Origin: a virus
IMG/VR virus record: IMGVR_UViG_3300028829_005098
Span: 1-64,000 of that record
Length of the DNA: 64,000 nt
Direction: 5' to 3' (one strand)
Shown here in pieces: positions 55,112 through 61,467 of the stretch; position 1 is the stretch's first letter, and the number at the start of each line of letters is the position of its first letter. The position numbers and the translations under genes were made by a program. Under the pieces are notes generated by a model, which was not told the origin of the DNA, did no database searches, and saw only the letters and a program-made list of their open reading frames with translations.

Positions 55112-57712
55112 TTATACTCCGTATTTTATCTTACTAAAAGAACCTTCTTTTTGAATTTCTATAATCTCGTCCACCATATCTCTCATTACATCCAAATGAC
55201 TGATGACCATTATGAACTCAAACTGCCCCTTTAAATAGGTAAACAGATTAAATACACTACTTATGTTGTCTCCATCCAAAGAACCCCACCCTTCGTCAAT
55301 AACAAGGAAATTAGAACGTGGCAAACTACTTACATTAATAAGTGCTACTCGCATTGCGATACTGCTAATGAAACGTTCCATGCCACTACACATTTCAAGT
55401 GGCCAATGACGATCTTCATATGTAATCTTTGAGTAAATATGCTTTCCGTCCATCTCAAGTTGCATACCAAAGTCAACAATTTGAGAAAGAATATTATTAA
55501 CTTCACTTTCAATGCTTGGAATTGTTTTGGAAATAAGTTCATATGAAATACCATCTCGTTTTACTGCATCAAGATATAGTTCGTATCCTCGTTTCTTTCT
55601 TTCATACCCCTTTGCCTCTTCAATAGATTCTAAAACATCTTTATGTTCTTTTTCTACAATTTTAACTTCACCAAACAAACCTTGTAATTTCATTGTTTCG
55701 TTTGATACTATTTCGTCTACTTTTTTTAATTTTTCTTTTACTAAATCTGCATCTACTTGTAGTTTTTTATTGAATAGAATAATATCTTTACACTCATAAT
55801 ATTCTTCAATGCTTTTATCGTTTAATAGTATATCTTTTTCAAGTGACTCAAGTATACTTGAAAGTGCAAGAATTTTAGAATCTACGTCACTTATTTCATA
55901 CGACATTTGATTTAGTTTGGTTCTATCTTCAATTAGTTTTTTATGTTGTTCTTCTATATCACCAAATTTATCTAATGTTTTAGTAAGTTCAGTTTTAGTC
56001 TTAACTAGTTCATCGGCATCTGCTTTATCTTTATCAAGTTCTTTTTTAGTAATAGCCGCACTATCAATCAAATTCTTGGAATTCTTTACACAAAACTCAC
56101 ACTTAGGATCATATTCATGACTATCATAGTGTTTAAGTTTATCTAATTTAGCATTAACAGATGTTCTTAAAACTGCTAAGTCTTTATCTACTGACATTAG
56201 TTCTTCTTTTATTTTTAATGACTCGATAAAATTATCTTCTATATGTTTTCTTTTGCCCAACGACTTGGTTAGTTCAGACTTTTCGTTTGCTAATTGTTTT
56301 TTTCTGTCGGATTCTTTTTTTCTATTATCGTTTGCTATTTCAAGTCTATCTCTTAAATTTCTTTTATTATACTCAAGTTTATCTATATCTACATTTTCTT
56401 CATCAAACGAACAATTTTTAAATTGAGAATTAATTTCAGCAAGACTATTATTTAATATTTTTTGTTCAGCAAGTGCTATATCAGTTTTTTCGTTTTGTTC
56501 GTTATATCTTAAATTAACATCGTTAAGTTTTTCTTGTACATTCAATAAAAGTTCATCGAAGTTTTCACGATTAAATCTTTTAAGTAAAGCATTTATTTCT
56601 TTTATATCTTCAGATGCAGTTGAATGCAAATTATCAAATACATCAATACCCATAAATTGTGCAAGTAAATCTTTACGTTCACTTTGACTTTTATCTATAA
56701 AGATTGCATTGTTGTTTTGCAAACTTAATGCAGTTAAAACAAAATCTTCATACGAACCCACATGATCACGAATATTTGCATTTGTACCTGTTCGTTGTTC
56801 TCCGTTCAAAGATACTTTTTGTCCAGTAGAATCGTTTTTCCAAAAATCTACTACCACAGTAACATCTCCATTCTTTTTAGTAGAAGCATTTCTTTCAATA
56901 AAGTAATCTACACCAGAAATCTCAAAGTTTAACTTACAATAAAAACTATCAGTCTGTGTATTTAGTACATGGGCAGCCTTGAATGCTCTGTCACACTTAT
57001 CATATAAACAAAAACTTAATGCACTCATTACACTACTTTTACCACTTGCATTTGAGGCAAATAAACCCATAACACTTTTCATATTTGAAAAGTCTACAAT
57101 GTTTGAGTCTCCGTAACTAAACATATTGCCGAATTCAAACTTTTTAGGTTTCCATATGCAATTTCTAAGAATTTCCTTTACAACAAGTTTATCATTTATT
57201 TCTTTGTTGATATCGAGTGCAGTTTTGATTTGTTCATCATCTACTACGAAATTTCTTCTAAGATAATCTTCTATTAAATCATTTTGAACATGAACCTTTG
57301 TAATATCACCAAAGTCAAATTTATTATCACGATCAAACTTTTTTGCTTCAGAAATAGCATCACACCTTGTTACATTTAAATCAGATATACTAGTTTTCTT
57401 ACGAATCTCCGCAAGAATTTCTTTAGTTTCAGTTGCAGTTGTGTTATATACTTTTACACGAAGTCTTGCCTTTTTTGGCAATTGACTTAAATCACTTACA
57501 CATTTACCATCACGAACCTCTACCGTATAATAACCATAATCGTTATGCACTTCGTGGTGTGTGTGTTTTCTATTTTTAATATCCCAAAAAACATAACCAT
57601 GACCCTTTGGTTTTTCTCCATGATTTTGTTGAATCATGCTACCCGAGTATACCACAACAGGTTTCTCACCGTTGTGTCTTTTTATTTTTACATATGTTTT
57701 TGGTTCATCCAT
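55112..57712 (-). CDS. Rad50/SbcC (gp46-like) ATPase fused to the C-terminal part of Mre11/SbcD
   Basis: N-terminal VVYSGSMIQQNHGE..GHGYVFWD (SbcD end); Walker A ASNASGKSS, zinc hook CEFC, signature CSGMERF, Walker B LVIDEGWGSLD, ISH. Confidence 0.9.
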   Translation of the reverse strand: MDEPKTYVKIKRHNGEKPVVVYSGSMIQQNHGEKPKGHGYVFWDIKNRKHTHHEVHNDYGYYTVEVRDGKCVSDLSQLPKKARLRVKVYNTTATETKEILAEIRKKTSISDLNVTRCDAISEAKKFDRDNKFDFGDITKVHVQNDLIEDYLRRNFVVDDEQIKTALDINKEINDKLVVKEILRNCIWKPKKFEFGNMFSYGDSNIVDFSNMKSVMGLFASNASGKSSVMSALSFCLYDKCDRAFKAAHVLNTQTDSFYCKLNFEISGVDYFIERNASTKKNGDVTVVVDFWKNDSTGQKVSLNGEQRTGTNANIRDHVGSYEDFVLTALSLQNNNAIFIDKSQSERKDLLAQFMGIDVFDNLHSTASEDIKEINALLKRFNRENFDELLLNVQEKLNDVNLRYNEQNEKTDIALAEQKILNNSLAEINSQFKNCSFDEENVDIDKLEYNKRNLRDRLEIANDNRKKESDRKKQLANEKSELTKSLGKRKHIEDNFIESLKIKEELMSVDKDLAVLRTSVNAKLDKLKHYDSHEYDPKCEFCVKNSKNLIDSAAITKKELDKDKADADELVKTKTELTKTLDKFGDIEEQHKKLIEDRTKLNQMSYEISDVDSKILALSSILESLEKDILLNDKSIEEYYECKDIILFNKKLQVDADLVKEKLKKVDEIVSNETMKLQGLFGEVKIVEKEHKDVLESIEEAKGYERKKRGYELYLDAVKRDGISYELISKTIPSIESEVNNILSQIVDFGMQLEMDGKHIYSKITYEDRHWPLEMCSGMERFISSIAMRVALINVSSLPRSNFLVIDEGWGSLDGDNISSVFNLFTYLKGQFEFIMVISHLDVMRDMVDEIIEIQKEGSFSKIKYGV

Positions 57713-58634
57713 TGGTTATAATATTTAAAATTTCTTCTCCTAATTCTGAATCAGTTAAGTAAGGACTTAAGTGATGGTGACCTTGGAGTGGGAAATAGCA
57801 ACATGGTCCTAAAAAAGGAGAACGATTCTCAGTTACATCGACGTTCTTACGATGTTGTTGCCAATGAATACCTTTTGGTCCGAACATTTGGTGTATGTAA
57901 TCAGTAGATATAATAGTTGGTACTCTAAGTGCAGATGATATATTTGTAATACATCCCTCTGCACCAATTACATAATTGCAATTTTTAATCAACGATGCAG
58001 TGAATGTAAATTTGCTTGTGGAATTTATTGTAGGAAATCGTTTAGATATTTTATCTTCAAGACCAAGTGCAAATAAAATTATCTTAGGGTGCGTTTCCAA
58101 ACAATTAATTATTTCAAATGTATCTCTTTTTCCAGAACCATATCCATTTCCTGTTTCACCACCCTCCGCACGATTATATTCTTCTTCTGTAAAAAGAAAA
58201 CTTTTATTGTGCCAATCCATTTGGTATCCAACTTTGATAACATCAGTTTGCCAATGATTTATAGCAACAAGCTCTTCCATACTTTTACTTACACCATAAT
58301 CAAGTGCAGAAGAAGTAAAAATTTCAAAGGTATCGTCGAAAGCTTTTATATCACACATTCGTTGAAACTGAGATACTGCCGATTCGTATGGATTTAAGGT
58401 AGCACCATCTTCTATTAAATTGTATACATGAGAATAATCGTTTCTTGAATCTTTGAAATGTACTCTATTGATATAAGGATTATTATTTAGCAATTCTATT
58501 GGTTGTAGATAATCAATATCATAATCAACTTCACAATCTATATGTTCTTCTTTTAATTTTTTTGCTACACTACTTGCAAACAGAATATCACCAATATGAA
58601 TGTTTCTACACTTAATTAAAAATCTTTTAATCAT
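57705..58634 (-). CDS. GT-B fold glycosyltransferase, GT9 (heptosyltransferase)-like; start re-called at MIKRF
   Basis: HIGDILFASSVAKKLK...ELLNNNPYINRV and ASLIKNCNYVIGAEGCITNISSALRVPTI match the N- and C-terminal GT9 patterns. Confidence 0.7.
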   Translation of the reverse strand: MIKRFLIKCRNIHIGDILFASSVAKKLKEEHIDCEVDYDIDYLQPIELLNNNPYINRVHFKDSRNDYSHVYNLIEDGATLNPYESAVSQFQRMCDIKAFDDTFEIFTSSALDYGVSKSMEELVAINHWQTDVIKVGYQMDWHNKSFLFTEEEYNRAEGGETGNGYGSGKRDTFEIINCLETHPKIILFALGLEDKISKRFPTINSTSKFTFTASLIKNCNYVIGAEGCITNISSALRVPTIISTDYIHQMFGPKGIHWQQHRKNVDVTENRSPFLGPCCYFPLQGHHHLSPYLTDSELGEEILNIITNG

Positions 58635-59331
58635 TACAAACCTCCCATCCATCGAGTTTATATTTCTCTAGTGTGTTTTCCGACACAAATCTATGCTCAG
58701 TTTTGTATTCCTGTAATACTTGGTATTTGTGAATATCTCCGAGCATTACAATATCATATCCATTGAATTGTGGTAATTCAACATCACCACCCATAACAAC
58801 ATACCCAACATCAGTCATACTTCGTTTTACTGCTCCGTGGTAAACTGCTATTTTAGTTGTTATACTCTCATCTGTAATATCAGAACCCACTATATAATTT
58901 TGTGGATCATCAAATATTCCAAATACACTAATTGCTATATCACCGATTTTATATACACCTGTATCTCTTAAATAATACAGATTAGGTTGGTCCATCATTC
59001 CAACTATGGGTGATAGAACATCCAACCTATCTGGATTATTTAGATTGCAATCATGATTGCCTGCTATAACTACAGTGGGGTGTAGTTTAGCACATTCTGA
59101 TAAAAAAGTTGCTATTTGTTTTATGAGTTCTGGACTCATTTCTGTTTTAGCATGAGCAATATCTCCACCAATAAAAATTAAGCAGTTATCGTAATTGTCT
59201 TCTTTAACTTGATTGTAAAAGTTTTCAAATACACCTGTATACTCGGAATGCCTTTTGATATTTCTAATATGAATATCTGCTAAATGGTAAACTTTATCAA
59301 TATTTTTTATCTGTGAATCTAACTCAAGCAT
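58627..59331 (-). CDS. Mre11/SbcD (gp47-like) metallophosphoesterase, N-terminal part only
   Basis: HLADIH, GGDIAH, IAGNHD, YHG, LGDIH motifs; the YxGS motif is missing here and present in ORF 55112-57712. Confidence 0.88.
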   Translation of the reverse strand: MLELDSQIKNIDKVYHLADIHIRNIKRHSEYTGVFENFYNQVKEDNYDNCLIFIGGDIAHAKTEMSPELIKQIATFLSECAKLHPTVVIAGNHDCNLNNPDRLDVLSPIVGMMDQPNLYYLRDTGVYKIGDIAISVFGIFDDPQNYIVGSDITDESITTKIAVYHGAVKRSMTDVGYVVMGGDVELPQFNGYDIVMLGDIHKYQVLQEYKTEHRFVSENTLEKYKLDGWEVCND

Positions 59332-60248
59332 AACCTCTGTTTCATTAATTCAGAAAAGTCTAGTTGTCCGCAACTTTTTATTTTCTTTGTAATTTGTTCA
59401 AACCCCAAATCGGCTGCATCTTGTTCTTCCACTTTAACTAACTTAACCGAAATCCCCTTGTTTAACAATTGCTCGGATATTTTAAGTGCATTTTTATATG
59501 CATCTTTATCAAGAACTATTGTTACATTATTAACATGATGCTCAACCAATTTCATTTTAAGTTTATCAGGAATGTTTTTACCTAACATCGGTATAGCATT
59601 TCTACGAATTGCGATTGCATCAAAAACTCCTTCGCACAATATAATTGGTTCAGAAAAATCAACTTGATTTTCAAACACAACCACATCTTTACTAACTTTT
59701 GGATTTTTATATCTTAAATAAGCATTTCCTATAAAATCACGAGCAATAAAGTAATTTAATTGATTATCCGAATCGTAAGACGGAACAATGATTCTATTTT
59801 CATATTCCCCTTCCTCACAATATCCTATATTATATCGTTCTATATCATAAGAAAATATATTTCTTTTTTTTAGATAATTTATAGCAATATTATGATTACG
59901 AGATTTGGTGGAAGAATGTAATAAAGATTTAAACTCAAACGGAAGATGAATTTTGTTTTCTACTTCTTTTTCAAGTTTTATATTCTTTGGTAATTTTACT
60001 ATTGTAGATAATTCTTGAAAATAATCAGGAGACACTTGCATTTTCTTGAATAAACTAAATATGCTTCTTCCTTTAGAATTGGTGTCAATCCAACTCTGCC
60101 ATCTTTGAGTTGTTAAGTTAACTGCAAGTTTTGGTTTTCTGTGGTTGGAGAACGGGCACATAAACATAGCTTCGTCTTTGGAAACTATTTTACCAGTTCC
60201 CAAAACTTTTTGAAGTAAATTCAAAAGTTTTTGTTCAAATATGCCCAC
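59319..60248 (-). CDS. DNA primase (DnaG/gp61-like TOPRIM)
   Basis: YLKKRNI, NRIIVPSY, YFIAR, YKNP, LCEGVFDAIA, LDKDA, DAAD. Confidence 0.88.
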   Translation of the reverse strand: MGIFEQKLLNLLQKVLGTGKIVSKDEAMFMCPFSNHRKPKLAVNLTTQRWQSWIDTNSKGRSIFSLFKKMQVSPDYFQELSTIVKLPKNIKLEKEVENKIHLPFEFKSLLHSSTKSRNHNIAINYLKKRNIFSYDIERYNIGYCEEGEYENRIIVPSYDSDNQLNYFIARDFIGNAYLRYKNPKVSKDVVVFENQVDFSEPIILCEGVFDAIAIRRNAIPMLGKNIPDKLKMKLVEHHVNNVTIVLDKDAYKNALKISEQLLNKGISVKLVKVEEQDAADLGFEQITKKIKSCGQLDFSELMKQRLCLS

Positions 60249-60252
60249 TATA

Positions 60253-60777
60253 CTATTCAGAATACCAATGATACAATGATGCTACTACCGCATCAAGCAT
60301 ATCATAATTTTTTTTATCATAATTTTTCTTAGTATTATAGTGAGTAAATTCAGATAAATCAAGCATATTATCTAAGTTGTTCTTAACAAATGTTTTGCTA
60401 TCTACACCAGATTCTCTTGATTTTCCAAAAACTGCTTTTCGCATTGTAGACACATTAATATGCTCTACTTCTATATTATACATCTCTTCTACTACATAAC
60501 TTATTATAGCATTACACTTTGCTAACTTTACAATAGTTTGTTGACTAGTTCTTCCTCCACCAAAACCACTTAACGAGTCTTCTACAATTATAAAGCAAGG
60601 TTGCAGTCGAGTATTTTTTAACTCATCTGCAACCTTGTGTGCTTTTTTCTTTATGGAGTTTTCTTTATTAACAGAAACAAATCCTGCGTGGATTATGTTT
60701 TCTTGGGAAGATGAAAAACAATAGCCTATTGTAGTTGAACTTATATCAAGTCCGAGAGATATTGGGTTATTTGACAT
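60253..60777 (-). CDS. RuvC-like Holliday junction resolvase
   Basis: LGLDISSTTIG, IIVED, MRKAVFG, YDMLDAVV. Confidence 0.8.
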   Translation of the reverse strand: MSNNPISLGLDISSTTIGYCFSSSQENIIHAGFVSVNKENSIKKKAHKVADELKNTRLQPCFIIVEDSLSGFGGGRTSQQTIVKLAKCNAIISYVVEEMYNIEVEHINVSTMRKAVFGKSRESGVDSKTFVKNNLDNMLDLSEFTHYNTKKNYDKKNYDMLDAVVASLYHWYSE

Positions 60778-60782
60778 ACCAA

Positions 60783-60811
60783 ATGATATGTCAAAAATTT
60801 TTAAAGGTCAA
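60783..60811 (-). promoter_or_regulatory. Sigma70-like promoter for resolvase-primase-sbcD-GT-sbcC genes
   Basis: TTGACC-17 nt-TATCAT, 5 nt before ATG 60777. Confidence 0.6.
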
Positions 60812-60813
60812 TG

Positions 60814-61404
60814 TTATTCAACACCTGAACGTGAGTTTCCGAGAACACTTGATCCGGATGACATTGCACCTGAACCTTGAGTTGCTACAAGTGACGTCAT
60901 CCATTCTTGGTATCTTTCGGTATCAAAACTTGTTCCACCACCTGAACGATAAAAACTACCTTTAGCAGCTGCTTCAGGACTACCTCCTCCGTAATCACTA
61001 TAAGTTGACATACCACGACTTATTTTGGTTGTGAATCCTGATATTGTTGATGATCCACCAAAACTATCGTTCATAGCTGCATCTACATCAGAGTTACCTC
61101 TATAAATGCCCTGTTCAGATGATTTAATTGCCTGTCCATAACCAAAGAAGTTAACACCTTGACCACGACCTGTTGCATTTGCAAATGAATTAAGTTGTGG
61201 TGCAGCCCCCGCTATTGGTGATGGCATAGATTCTCTGTAAAATGTTCCTTTGAGTTTTCCAGGTACTCCGTTTCCTCCGAAACGACCTTCAATACCACCA
61301 CGACGTCTTGAAAATCCACTTTGAAAGTCAACAAGACCTTTCCCACTGTCTAAACTATTTGCTTTAGTTGCTCCAGTTCCCATTCTTTTATCTTCGCCTG
61401 CCAT
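60814..61404 (-). CDS. Gly/Ser-rich putative virion protein, paralog of the N-terminal domain of ORF 16955-19489
   Basis: Shared FYR.SMP.PI.G, GQGVNFFGYG, GFTT, SDYG, SFYR motifs; AGGAG RBS; ATATTTAT at 61448-61455. Confidence 0.7.
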   Translation of the reverse strand: MAGEDKRMGTGATKANSLDSGKGLVDFQSGFSRRRGGIEGRFGGNGVPGKLKGTFYRESMPSPIAGAAPQLNSFANATGRGQGVNFFGYGQAIKSSEQGIYRGNSDVDAAMNDSFGGSSTISGFTTKISRGMSTYSDYGGGSPEAAAKGSFYRSGGGTSFDTERYQEWMTSLVATQGSGAMSSGSSVLGNSRSGVE

Positions 61405-61467
61405 AATATTTGTCTCCTTTTTTATTTTTTAGTTAAATAAGTTTAATATAAATATACCACTATAATC

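Noticed and set aside
57660-58720. Split intein or group I intron as the cause of the SbcD split (KRHN near the start of the C-half)
   Set aside because: HN is followed by Gly rather than Cys/Ser/Thr, there is no N-intein block, and the insert is fully coding with no room for a ribozyme core
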